Shown piece by piece: positions 26,201 to 37,519 of a stretch of DNA of 64,000 nt; position 1 is the stretch's first letter, and each line of letters begins with the position of its first letter. This DNA comes from Octopus sinensis (taxonomy: Eukaryota), in contig NW_021833722.1 in the NCBI RefSeq assembly GCF_006345805.1, positions 1 through 64,000 of the forward strand, in the 5' to 3' direction. The position numbers and the translations under genes were made by a program. Below the pieces are notes generated by a model. The model was not told the DNA's origin and ran no database searches. It worked only from the letters and a program-made list of their open reading frames with translations.

Positions 26201-26580
26201 GTCTATTAATAAGTCGTATTTTCACCGTGTTTAATCAATCCAAACACTACACGCTCGACGCATGGCCACCCAAAACATCACGCAATAAAGCAACACAACG
26301 CACACAATACATCTTAAATAGAACCGCCGTGAAATATTGCAGTTGGCGTTGCTTCCTCGACGCCATAACCGGCCAACATTGTAATACGAAGCATGCTCCT
26401 CTCACATGATGGCTGCTGTAATCTCAGCGACTTCTCTCACACGCATTCAGCGCAGTTGCTGCTGCCCCAATAACATAACACATATATTACAAACAATCAT
26501 TGTTACGTACCGGAACACACAACACAAACTCAAGAAGCCCAGACGATGATACAATCACCGCTCAAAGGTATAATACACCT

Positions 26581-26817
26581 TTAATACAGCGGCGAGCTGG
26601 CAGAAACGTTAGCACGCCGGGCGAAATGCGTAGCCGTATTTCGTCTGTCGTTACGTTCTGAGTTCAAATTCCGCCGAGGTCGACTTTGCCTTTCATCCTT
26701 TCGGGGTCGATAAATTAAGTACCAGTTACGCACTGGGGTCGATGTAATCGACTTAATACCTATGCCTGTCCTTGTTTGTCCCCTCTGTCTTTAGCCCCTT
26801 GTGGGTAGTAAAGTAAT
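26581..26817 (+). mobile_element. SINE family B (tRNA-derived head), full length with 15-bp TSD
   Basis: gcggcgagctggcagaaacgttagcacgccgggcg...gagttcaaattccgccgaggtcgac. TSD aggtataatacacct at 26566-26580 and 26818-26832. Resembles described octopus tRNA-derived SINEs; exact family not verified. Confidence 0.92.
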
Positions 26818-27039
26818 AGGTATAATACACCTCACGTTGCAAATAGTCTCGACACGGATGGAGCGCTGGAGTGTCATAAGAAACACCGAAAAACAAACAC
26901 AAAAAACACATACAAAACAAACACCAAAAGAACGGATTTGGACGGGAATAAAGAATACGAGTCCATATTTCTAGAAGACAATACTGAGCGCAACTGAGAA
27001 ACAGGGAGAAACAACTGGTAGGGGAGAAGAAACTGGCAC

Positions 27040-27118
27040 GGTGATGATAGTGATGATGATGGTGATGTTGATGATGGTGATGTTCATGATGATGATGATG
27101 GTGATGATGATGATGTTC

Positions 27119-27163
<45 letters not shown>

Positions 27164-27270
27164 GTGATGTTCATGATGAGGATGATGGTGATGTTCATGA
27201 TGATGATGATGATGATGATGGTGATGTTCATGATGATGATGATGATATGATGATGATGATGGTGATGTTC

Positions 27271-27338
<68 letters not shown>

Positions 27339-27405
27339 GATGATGACGATGATGATAGTGATGATGGTGATGATGATGATGATGATGATGGTGATGCTGA
27401 TGATG

Positions 27406-27437
<32 letters not shown>

Positions 27438-27569
27438 GATGTGATGATGATGATGATGAGGATGATGGTGATGATGATGAGGATGATGGTGATGATGATG
27501 ATGATGATGATGACGATGATGATAGTGATGATGGTGATGATGATGATGATGATGGTGATGTTGATGATG

Positions 27570-27643
<74 letters not shown>

Positions 27644-27835
27644 GGTGATGGTGATGATGATGATGATGATGATGATGACGATGATGATGGTGATGATGGT
27701 GATGATGATGGTGATGATGGTGATGATGATGGTGATGATGATGTTCATGATGATGGTGATGGTGATGTTCATGATGAGGATGATGGTGATGTTCATGATG
27801 ATGATGATGATGATGATGATGTTGGTGGTGATGAT
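27040..27835. repeat. ~800-bp (GAT)n array with higher-order variant pattern
   Basis: Recurring variant blocks gacgatgatgatagtgatgatggtg and gttcatgatgaggatgatggtgatgttc. Confidence 0.9.
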
Positions 27836-28072
27836 GGTCTATAATTTAGAAAGAAGGCAGCAGTTTTAGAGTAAGGGGTTAGTGATCACCATCAACCTCC
27901 AGTGCTTGCTTCGTTCTTAAATTTATCAAACTGCACAGGGATGAAAAGCAAAGTTGAGCTCGATGGGATTTCAATAAATAACGACGTATGAGTGTGTGTG
28001 TGTGTGTGCGTGTGTGTGTGTATGTATGTGTGTGTGTATGTGTGTGTGTATGTATGCATGTATGAATGTATG

Positions 28073-28166
28073 TATGTATGTAGATATATTGACATACATG
28101 TATGTATGTAGATATATTGACATACATATATTGACATGTATGTATGTAGATATATTGACATACATG
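28073..28166. repeat. Hairpin-forming minisatellite, ~29-bp unit x3
   Basis: atgtatgt-agatatattg-acatacat repeated three times. Confidence 0.8.
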
Positions 28167-28369
28167 AAGCGCATTTCATTACGGTAGTTTGAATTTGTAC
28201 CTCGGTTGCTTTATTATTTCATTATCTTAAGACCTCTGACAACAGGCTAGTATCCGCACTCACAGAATCAACGACAGCAAACAAAACCGAGCGCTGTGAG
28301 AAGTAAAACAAAAGACGAGAAGTGAAGCAACAACACCACTACCACCACCACCAACAACAAGCCATTTCG

Positions 28370-28850
28370 AAGGGGAGGGTAAGTCGATTACGTCGACCCA
28401 AGTGTTCAACTGGTACCTATTTCATTAACCCTGAAATAATGAGAGGCAAAGTCAACCTTAGTTGAATTTGAACTCAGAGCGGACGAAATGGTGCTAAGCA
28501 TTTTGTTTGGCGAAATACCTTTAACAAAGGCCAGCATTGGAAGGAGGACAGGGGGATAAAATCTTCACTTGACTGGTGGTATATTTTATTGAATTCGAGA
28601 CGATGAAAGGCAAAACCGACATTGGTAGAATTTGAAACTCAGATCATAACGTGCCATAACCTAATAGACACAAAGCCAATAATTTGGGGTGGTAGCAGTC
28701 GATTATATCGACTTAACTGGTTCTGTGTCAACCACACAAGGATGAAGAGCAAAGTCGACCTCAGCAGCAGGACACGAAATCAGAAGGTAAAGGATCGAAA
28801 GTAACTGCCGCAATGTGTTTTGTTTGACGCACCAAAAAATTCCACCAAAA
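28370..28850 (-). mobile_element. Cluster of decayed SINE B fragments
   Basis: Repeated gtcgattacgtcgacccaagtg, ggcaaagtcaacc and gaatttgaactcagag motifs. Confidence 0.6.
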
Positions 28851-29021
28851 TTTGTTTATGTGGAGAATTTATTTGTGTGTAGCGTCTACAAACATAAATC
28901 AATAAAGCTCACTTGGCATTAATCGATGATTCTGACGGAGAAATGACCAGCAATCACTTCCATCCCACCAGTGAAGAAACGGACACAAACAGTTGGTAGA
29001 CGGATTATTTTATGAATACAG

Positions 29022-29071
<50 letters not shown>

Positions 29072-29092
29072 CACACACATACACACACACAC

Positions 29093-29125
<33 letters not shown>

Positions 29126-29288
29126 TGTATATATATATGTATATATATATGTGTGTGTATGTATGTATATATGTTTGTATGTATGCATGGGTGTATGTAT
29201 GTATGTAAGCATGTGTGCAGGTATGTATGTGTATATGTTTGTACTACGTGATATATATATATATATTTTGCACATATATGTATATACG

Positions 29289-29330
<42 letters not shown>

Positions 29331-29331
29331 T

Positions 29332-29378
<47 letters not shown>

Positions 29379-30049
29379 ATATGTGTGTGTGTGTGTATGA
29401 GAGAAAAGTTTATTCCATGTAAGTGGTTCCAGGATTATAAAGCGGAGATTATGGCAACCATCTTCGTCTGGCCGTCAATACTAACTTCATCAGTTGGCGG
29501 AAAACATTGCCAGATGATGGTTTTAAAGTTTCAAACAACACCTGACGTAATCATCGCAATGACGTGAACAAAAATGACAGTCATTGTTTACATCGGAAAA
29601 TATGTTTAATGGCTTTTAAGCCAGAGGAGGAAGGCAGCACTTGAAAACTTTGCAGAACCGCCAAATCTGACGGTGATGAGATGAAGAAGAAACCACGACT
29701 TTCCAGATGTGACTACCAATAAAACACAGTACACTATACTAAAAGCACCGAGGTTTGGTGATGTTATTAAGTCTATCCCCCAAGAACCGTATAGTTCAGC
29801 CGAAGGGATCTCCATGCACTTTCCAACCATCTAGTCTTGCTCATTATTTGTGCCGACCTGCAGCCATGGTCGATGGAACGCTTTATCTCATTGTTGCGTT
29901 TTAGGTTCAAACTTGGAAGAATGTGATTACAATTCTTAACAACCATTCTGCTATTGTTTCTTGGATGGTAAGCGACAATTTTGGATCATGAGTCCTTAAT
30001 GATGCTTGGCATCATCGTTGGAATTTACAAAAACAAACAAACAAAACAA

Positions 30050-30242
30050 AACAAAAGACGAAGACAACAAACAGATGTATTAGTTTAACAAAAGACGAAA
30101 ACAACAAGCAGATGTATTAGTTTAACGCTTGGGAAGTGAGAAAGTCTTTTACGTTTCGAGCCTACGCTCTTCAACTGAAAAGAAAACAGAAATAAACAGA
30201 GAAAATTATAAAAAAAGGTTTAGTGGCTAGAGATCAATCATG

Positions 30243-30245
<3 letters not shown>
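30050..30245 (-). mobile_element. PLE-like non-autonomous repeat carrying a hammerhead-like motif
   Basis: Reverse complement of 49805-49985 (same family); 37-bp tandem duplication at 30050-30123. Confidence 0.7.
30146..30182 (-). ncRNA. Minimal type-I hammerhead-like motif, variant core
   Basis: CUUUU-CAGUUGA-A-GAGC-GUAG-GCUC-GAAA-C-GUA-AAAG. Stems I and II close; core deviates at U4 and A6. Confidence 0.5.
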
Positions 30246-30301
<56 letters not shown>

Positions 30302-30410
30302 ATATATATACGGAAGCTATGCATGTGCACCCGGGTGAAGCCGACTGCTGGTGCATTGACCTCGTGCATGAGCATTGCTGGTATTTTCCATGAGCAATGG
30401 TCAGTGATGG

Positions 30411-30592
30411 ACAGACAAAGGGATTAAGTCGATTACATCGACCCCAGTGCTTAACTGGTACTTAATTTATCGACCCCGAAAGGTTGAAAGGCAAAGTCGA
30501 CTTCGGCGGAATTTGAACCCAGAACGTAGCGGCAGACGAAATACCGCTAAGCATTTCGCTCGGCGTGTTAACGTTTCTGCCAACTCGCCGCC
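30411..30592 (-). mobile_element. SINE family B
   Basis: Reverse complement of the 26581 copy. Confidence 0.9.
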
Positions 30593-32039
30593 TTATGGCT
30601 TGAAAAATATTGTGTGAAATTTAGAAACCAGTTGATTTAGCAAGTGGGGAGTTCATTTCCGTGATTGGGGCCGGCGCGCAATAATTCCGTCGAGCGGAAG
30701 GTCCTGAAATGGTGCGCATTTTCTCCTGATGACCCCATTAGCCTGCTAGTGTACGATGTGTGGAACTTTCTAGTGGTAGCACTTGAGTGTGCAAGTTGTT
30801 TGATGCATGTATGTGTGTATGCGTGTATATCTGCAAATAAGTATATGTATATACCGTGCAGTATGCATGCAGAACATTGAGCAACTTGGGGCATAGTAAT
30901 ATATGTCTGTCTCTAATTCGACGCCGTTGGCTGTTCCCCCACCCCGTTCCTCCGCCAACCTTGTCTCGAAACCTGGACTTCTCGTATAAACCAGGCAGAT
31001 GTATGAACACAAGACGGCCAACACATTATTGTGCATAACTGGAAACCTGTACTTTTCAGTAATAATGCATGATGGGATAGGAAAGGCGGAGCAGACTCAT
31101 TTTTATGTCATAACTGAAAGCATGGAAGGCATCATTGTTTATGAATTAAGACTATTATCTTCTCAGAAATCACATTTGATGGCTGCACGACGACGACGCT
31201 AGCAGCCTCGAATGCTTTAATATAAATATGTACTTTTATAAGAATCCATGCATACATACGTGCATACACGAATTCATCAATACAAGCATACGTACATACA
31301 ACCATCGAAACGTAACTATAAACACCCGTTCGTACAAGAAGATATACGCAAATATAAAACTCTCTCAACATAGATTCCAAAAATAGCAGATTCCCCCCAC
31401 CTCACCCCCTGAAGATTACTTTGGAAACTGATGAAATGTGAAGTGAGTGGAAATATAGTTTTTTTTTGTTTTTATCTACATCTTTCGGAAAATACGAAAA
31501 CGAAAAAGAAGAGGAAAAAGAAGGCGAGGAGAAGGGAGAGAAAGAAGGATAAAGAGGAAATAATAAAATTTAAAAAAATAGCTTATTAGGCTGGTGGATA
31601 TAATTAAATTAGATGTGGATAATTTTAACAAGATGGAGTCCGAGTAAAGTAGAAATATATTAGATCTATTTAGACGCATCAGACCGTCAGCTAATTGTGG
31701 AGGTAGATATTTGGCAAAGGGATTTTGTGTGTGAACTTATGGAAACATGTATATATGTATGTGTAAATGATAGCTGAATAAATATATGTATATGTATGTA
31801 TGTGTGTGTATGGATGTATGTACCAATGTATGCATATATGTATATATATAGATGGATGGAAGAATCAATGTATGTCTGTATGCGTATGTATGTATGTATG
31901 TATGTATGTATGTATGTATGTATGTATGTATGTATGTATGTATGCATGTATGTATGCATGTATGTATGCATGTATTTATGTATGTATGTATGTATAATAT
32001 GTATGTCTGTTATGTGTGTTTTTTTTATCAAAATCATTT

Positions 32040-32626
32040 AAATTTGAGAAAAGAGGCGGGGAACAACCAGGGAATGTGTGTTCTGTAAGCCGTATTGCAG
32101 ATGGCACTAAATGTTGGAACCAAGATGATTTCCCAAAGATTAAGATCCGATCGGAGTCTGGTGCATTATCAAATCTGGTTAAGGAATATATATTTCGAAT
32201 TGTTCGGGCAAAACTGTGTAAATCGGTCGGTTTAGTGAGAGTATTGTTTGCCAAATTACATTTTCTTCGCATTATGTTTCTCAAATCAGACACAACACGA
32301 ATAATAACTATGAGATTAGCTTCAGATATGTTTGTCAAACATTCATTTACAACTTCAGTCGGGGCCTCTGGAGTCTCTGCTGCGCTCTTTTTGCTTTAAA
32401 ATATGTTGCGCTAAGACGAAGCCTCGTGTTAATGGAAATTATCGTTCTTACCACCTCTTCGGCTTTTGCATGTAGCCTTGCTTTCCGTTGATTTCTTTGC
32501 TACCCGCGCCAAAATTTAAATTCACTGTCAGTTCTGCATACTTTGTCAAAAATGTAAAGAAATCAACCGAGAAAAATGTTCTACTTTTCCACGTTCTGTC
32601 AAAGTTTCACCAACCAGCATAGACAT
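32040..32626 (-). pseudogene. FLYWCH-type MULE (Mutator-like) transposase relic, N-terminal half
   Basis: Across frameshifts: MSMLVGETLTERGK / FLYIFDKVCRTDSEFKFWRG*QRNQRKARLH (FLYWCH) / H*HEASS...AETPEAPTEVVNECLTNISEA / DRILIFGKSSWFQHL...SPPLFS (start of the MULE DDE domain, DGTF decayed). Confidence 0.8.
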
Positions 32627-33225
32627 AAAGCGATTCAGAAAGCTACACGATGTATAGCAGTAGCCGAGTAATTTAGCAGTTGGTATTGCGAATTAGTTGT
32701 CATCTAGAAAAAAAAAAGTGTTCACGGCACCAGCAACTTCTGGGGACAAAGCGACTGATGTGGAAAATGAGTTCGGCGTCGAATCAACAAGGCCAAATTG
32801 GCGAAGTTAAAAAGCTGAGACTAACGGTCTCTTTCCCTCATAACTGCTATGGATGGAAAGAAGACAAATTGAATGAGGTTGTAGATATACTATACGTAAA
32901 AAGGTCACGCGGTAAGGTCACGAATGGAAAGACTTTGTCCAGAAATCTCTCAAAAAAAAGTGTGTGTGGGGGGTTTCAACAATAACGACTGTATATACAT
33001 ATATATACTTACATGCATGCATAAGTAAATACATACATATCGATAGACAGACAGACAGACACAGACACACACACATACATACATACATACATACATACAT
33101 ACATAAAAATTCATACGTATATATATAACATACATACATGCACACGCATATGCATACATATACATGCACATAAACTCATTAATAAATAAGGAATATTAAC
33201 TAAATGCAGAAATGTAAAAGTTATC

Positions 33226-33675
33226 TTAGAGTTTGCAATCATATTTATTTTCAAGGAATGGATCCTTCGCTAAAAGAGGTGTTTGTATAAGGAAATTCTT
33301 TATCGTCACAATAATAGAACCGATCCAAGAGGTAACTCTGTAGATTTGCACATCTGACATTTGCTCAAGTTTTTCCAAATAATATTTTTGCTTCTCTACC
33401 ATATCGAAATAGTCATCCTTTATCAAATGATCGCATTTTGGTTTCTCAAGCTCAGTCTGTGGCAGAAATGTTGATAGTTGCGAACTGGTTGGCGGCACCG
33501 GTTTCTTTTTCTTCGGTGGAAAATCCAAGTGTCTGTGGTTGACGATGAAACCACGGGCGCGGTTTCTTGTTAATGGAATGTTATATCTTTCGTAAGAGAT
33601 TCTTCGAGGAAAAACAAGATGTATGTGATTATAATTCATATTTAAGGTTTGAGATCGCGTCACAGGAGAACCCAT
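33226..33675 (-). CDS. Putative orphan protein, 149 aa, unknown function
   Basis: Only long non-repetitive, non-TE ORF in the window. In-frame TGA 6 nt upstream of the ATG; contains NLS-like PPKKKKP; promoter-like motifs lie upstream on the same strand. No family recognised. Confidence 0.4.
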   Translation of the reverse strand: MGSPVTRSQTLNMNYNHIHLVFPRRISYERYNIPLTRNRARGFIVNHRHLDFPPKKKKPVPPTSSQLSTFLPQTELEKPKCDHLIKDDYFDMVEKQKYYLEKLEQMSDVQIYRVTSWIGSIIVTIKNFLIQTPLLAKDPFLENKYDCKL

Positions 33676-33695
33676 GATTCACCGTTAATGTTTTA

Positions 33696-33755
<60 letters not shown>

Positions 33756-34097
33756 TATATATGTATATATTTATGTGTTGTTTAGATGTTTTGTAGTCCT
33801 ATTTATCCTCAAACACTTGCAAAAGTACATTTTTCATTCTTGTTGTTCTAGATGAAGATGTGTTTGAATGATTTCCACAAATATTTCCAAGTAAAATGAA
33901 ATTGTTTTCTTTTTGTCCTCGGTTTTTCTTTCTTTTCTTTCGCTCTTAAATCGTGCTTTTGCGTCCTCTCCTTCTTCCCACAGTCTTCTTCTTCCCACAG
34001 TCCTTCTTCTTCTTCTTCTTCTTCTTCTCTTCTTCTTCTTCTCCTCCTCCTCCTCCTCCTCCTCCTCCTCCTCCTCCTCCGCCTTCGTTTCTATGTG

Positions 34098-34789
34098 TGC
34101 GCATGCGTCGGCGCTTACGTTTTACTTATGTGGTAATTAATGACGTCATAGAAATGTTCTTGAAATTGTTAGTTTTAGCTTTTGTTTTAATTTCAAAGAT
34201 CAAAATATCCAATGCTGCTCTAATAAATAATTATTTAGCAGGAACTGAATCTGATTCCTGACCAATAACTTCACCCATTAAGACCCCCTGTCCTATAAAC
34301 AGGACACTAAATGAGAACATTAAACAAGCTATATCACATTGTCTCAGTGTCCTATTTATAGGACACCGAGTATTTCCATTTCTTACTTGAAGTAAAGGAG
34401 TTTTAATAATTATTTTTTTTCCTTTTAACCAAATTTTCAATCATTTGTAAAAATTTTAAAGTAATATTCTGAAATTTAAGTACTCTGGGACTTAATGGGT
34501 TAAACAAGAAGCTACGCAATGACGTGTGTTTCAATAAGTAAACTTGGCCACGCCGATCTTATCTCCGGTTATAGCTGGTTGTCTGTAAGCTACTTTTTGA
34601 GAAGTTTTTTCAGCCTTCACTAGGATTTATTTCTAATTCTGATGGGTTCCCACAATCCAGTTTCATAAGGGAGATTAGCTGGGCAGCCGGTTGCATCGCT
34701 GTTTTCATTGATCACGTGCCAGGTTGACTGGGTTATAGGGATTACAATGTAGAACCCAACCTAACGCTGACTCCTTTTATAGACACGTG
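34098..34789. promoter_or_regulatory. Candidate promoter motif cluster
   Basis: TGCGCATGCG (NRF1-type) 34098-34107; TGACGTCA (CRE) 34141-34148; TGACGT ~34519; CACGTG E-boxes at 34713-34718 and 34784-34789. Locally CpG-enriched. Confidence 0.4.
34274..34499. mobile_element. piggyBac-type MITE
   Basis: TIRs cccattaagaccc / gggacttaatggg; TTAA on the right (34500-34503) and TTCA on the left. Two internal palindromes gtcctataaacaggac and gtgtcctatttataggacac. Confidence 0.75.
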
Positions 34790-34920
34790 ATCAGAAATTT
34801 GTGGGAGGATGAAACTGATTCCATTACTTGGCGGGAGTCGGTCTGATCGAACTTTGAAAGGAAGAAAGGCAGAGGTGCTTAGGTGGGATTTGAACTCCGT
34901 ATGTAAAGACCAAAATAATA

Positions 34921-35344
34921 TACTCTTTACTCTTTACTCTTTTACTTGTTTCAGTCATTTGACTGCGGCCATGCTGGAGCACCGCCTTTAGTCAAGCAAC
35001 TCGACCCCGGGACTTATTCTTTTCGTAAGCCCAGTACTTATTCTATCGGTCTCTTTTTGCCGAACCGCTAAGTTATAGGGACGTGAACACACCAGCATCG
35101 GTTGTCAAGCAATGATAGGGGAACAAACACAGATACACAAACACACACACATACATACATATATATACATACATATATACGGCAGGCTTCTTTCAGTTTC
35201 CGTCTACCAAATCCACTCACAAGGCATTGGTCGGCCCGGGGCTATAGCAGAAGACACTTGCCCAAGATGCCACGCAGTGGGACTGAACCCGGAACCATGT
35301 GGTTGATTAGCAAGCTACTTACCACACAGCCACTCCTGCGCCTA
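34921..35344 (-). mobile_element. SINE family A, full length
   Basis: tRNA-like head ggcgcaggagtggctgtgtggtaag...gggttcagtccc, central (TA/CA) tract, 3' tail ggcggtgctccagcatggccgcagtcaaatgactgaaacaagtaaaag. Confidence 0.92.
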
Positions 35345-35385
35345 TCGCTTTAATGTCGTTCTTGACCTAACTATAAAATTGATTT

Positions 35386-35584
35386 CAAATTTTTGTCACA
35401 AGGCCAGCAGTTTAAGGGAAGGGGGTTAGTCGATTGCATGAACCCCAGTGCGTAACTGACACTTATTTCGTTGACCCTGAAAGGCAAGTCGAACTTGGCA
35501 GAATTTGAACTCAGAACGTAAGGATGGGTGAAATACCGTCAAACATTTTGCCCGGCGTGCTAATGATTCTGCCAGCTCGCCGCT

Positions 35585-35585
<1 letters not shown>
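35386..35585 (-). mobile_element. SINE family B
   Basis: Matches the family B copies at 26581 and 42599. Confidence 0.85.
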
Positions 35586-35650
<65 letters not shown>

Positions 35651-35653
<3 letters not shown>

Positions 35654-36207
35654 GCCCTGATGCAGTACCAGGCAGTGGCTCTCATCGCTTCTGATCTTAA
35701 CTGATTGGAAGTGTTATCATGTACATTGTTTTGTCTTGGTATAAAAGATGGGCTACAGCAAATATTCTGCTCAATACCACAGATTTGCTTGTCAGTTGTT
35801 GACCTTAACCAGTTGACCATGTCCCTTAGTGGCTGACAATACGTGCATCTCTGATCACGAGCAGAAGTAGTGGGGGAGCATCATAGCCATGTGTTGAGAG
35901 GGATTCTTTGGGGTTTGAATAATTCACCTTTGGAAACATGGGTGTTTCGTTCATCATCCTAAAGCAACCCTTATTCAGGGACCTTTTAAGCAGGATGGGC
36001 TACTCGACCTGAAGAAAATTCTAACTGGGCCCCACTTGCAAGGTCATGTGCTGCTTATCTTGATATTGGATCACCATGTCGCGCACATATGGTTGTGATG
36101 CATGTGCCTCGTGTACCCTTATCTAACGGGTAGTCATGGTAGGTATGCTGGGCTTTGTATATTTTACCCCAGTGTCACTTTGATGGCATGCACTGCTCTC
36201 TCACTCA
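35651..36207. mobile_element. ~555-bp non-coding interspersed element flanked by (TAA)n, copy 2
   Basis: Co-linear with 16248-16799; (TAA)n on both sides. Confidence 0.85.
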
Positions 36208-36589
36208 ACAATAATAATAATAATAATTTCTAACGTAGACACGACACGAGAAACGATTGGCGAAAAGAGAAATCAATTTTATCGTCTCTCATAGTTCAAT
36301 GGTATTCATTTATCGATCCAGAAAAAATGAAAAATAAAATTCGCACTAGCGGTATTCGAACTCAGACCATAAAGGCTTTCTAAGAAATCACAACTTGTGC
36401 CTGTATTTTCTTTACCAACAGCAAAAGATGAAAGGCAAAGTTGATAACAGTGGGATTTGAACTGTGACAGGTGAAACGAATACCGTAAGCTTTCCTATCG
36501 TAAGCTCTAATAGCTCCGTCAATTCACCGGATTTATGTAATTAAGACGGTTCAGTTATTCTTCTAATCTCTCTCCCTGTCTCTCTTGTT

Positions 36590-36810
36590 TCCTCCTCCTC
36601 CTCCCCACCACCACCACCTCCCCACCACCACCTCCCAACCTCCCCTCCTCCACCACCACCACCACCTCCCCACCTCCCCTCCTCCACCACCACCACCACC
36701 ACCACCACCACCATCACCACCACCACCACCACCACCACCACCACCACCACCAACCACCACCACCACCTCCTCCTCCTCCTCCCTCTCCTCCCACCACCAT
36801 CAACTCCACC
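36590..36810. repeat. C-rich (CCA/CCT)n tract
   Basis: Direct reading; G-rich on the minus strand. Confidence 0.9.
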
Positions 36811-37139
36811 GCAGTCATGGAAAAGGCATCAAGAAAACTCTACGAAAGGGGTCAACGTCTGCAGATGAATACATTCCAACAGAAATCGACAAGAAATGCC
36901 GAAAGAGGGCCTGAAACCTAATAAACATAAACTCAAAATTAACGACGTTTAAGAGCATTTGGCATGGATCTGAAGTACCTCGACTGACATTCGAGGTTCT
37001 AAATAGTAATAATGGCCATGCCGTTGGGATTAAAAGTATGTAAATACGTTTTAAGCAGTTAGAGCTAAAGCTGTAAATGCTGGGAGGAGAGAAAAAACGC
37101 ATTATCAGGTTTCGTTGAATACCTGCTTGATTTTTAAAA

Positions 37140-37315
37140 TTCTTTTATTCTTTTATTTGTTTTAGTCATTTGACTGCGGCCATGCTGGAGCACCGCCTTT
37201 TAGTCGAGTAAATCGCCCCCGAGATTTCGGTCTCTTTTGCAGAATCGCTAAGTTATAGGGACGTGAACACACCAGCATCGGGTGTCAAGCAATGTTGTGG
37301 GAACAAACACACACC

Positions 37316-37363
<48 letters not shown>

Positions 37364-37446
37364 AACACACACACACACACACACACGCACAAACACACAC
37401 ACACGCACACACACACGCACACAAACACACACACACGCACACACCA

Positions 37447-37500
<54 letters not shown>

Positions 37501-37515
37501 TGACAGGGTTCTTTC
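37140..37515 (-). mobile_element. SINE family A, 3' half plus expanded (CA)n
   Basis: gtcatttgactgcggccatgctggagcaccgcc; truncated just after the central microsatellite. Confidence 0.85.
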
Positions 37516-37519
37516 ATAT

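Noticed and set aside
26589-26680. tRNA-like sequences at SINE heads (also 35270-35344 and 43832-43900)
   Set aside because: Box A/B-like motifs are present, but they run into SINE bodies and I could not close a cloverleaf; not tRNA genes.
29400-30020. Possible Tc1/mariner remnant
   Set aside because: Only a vague resemblance to the WPPSSPDLNP region; no convincing motif or TIR pair.
30726-30770. CTGATGA in a GC-rich patch
   Set aside because: No stem II or GAAA in register.
32016-32399. 127-aa plus-strand ORF
   Set aside because: Antisense shadow of the MULE transposase relic.
35651-35680. Faint similarity of the element's start (cctgatgcagtaccagg) to the U2 snRNA 3' region
   Set aside because: Too short and gapped; no Sm site or U2 5' domain.
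35770-35898. Possible HDV-like ribozyme in the 555-bp element (CAU-GUCCCUUA-GUG resembling P3/L3)
   Set aside because: The strand that could pair as P2 lies upstream of P1, so the nested double-pseudoknot topology fails; J4/2 is also non-canonical.
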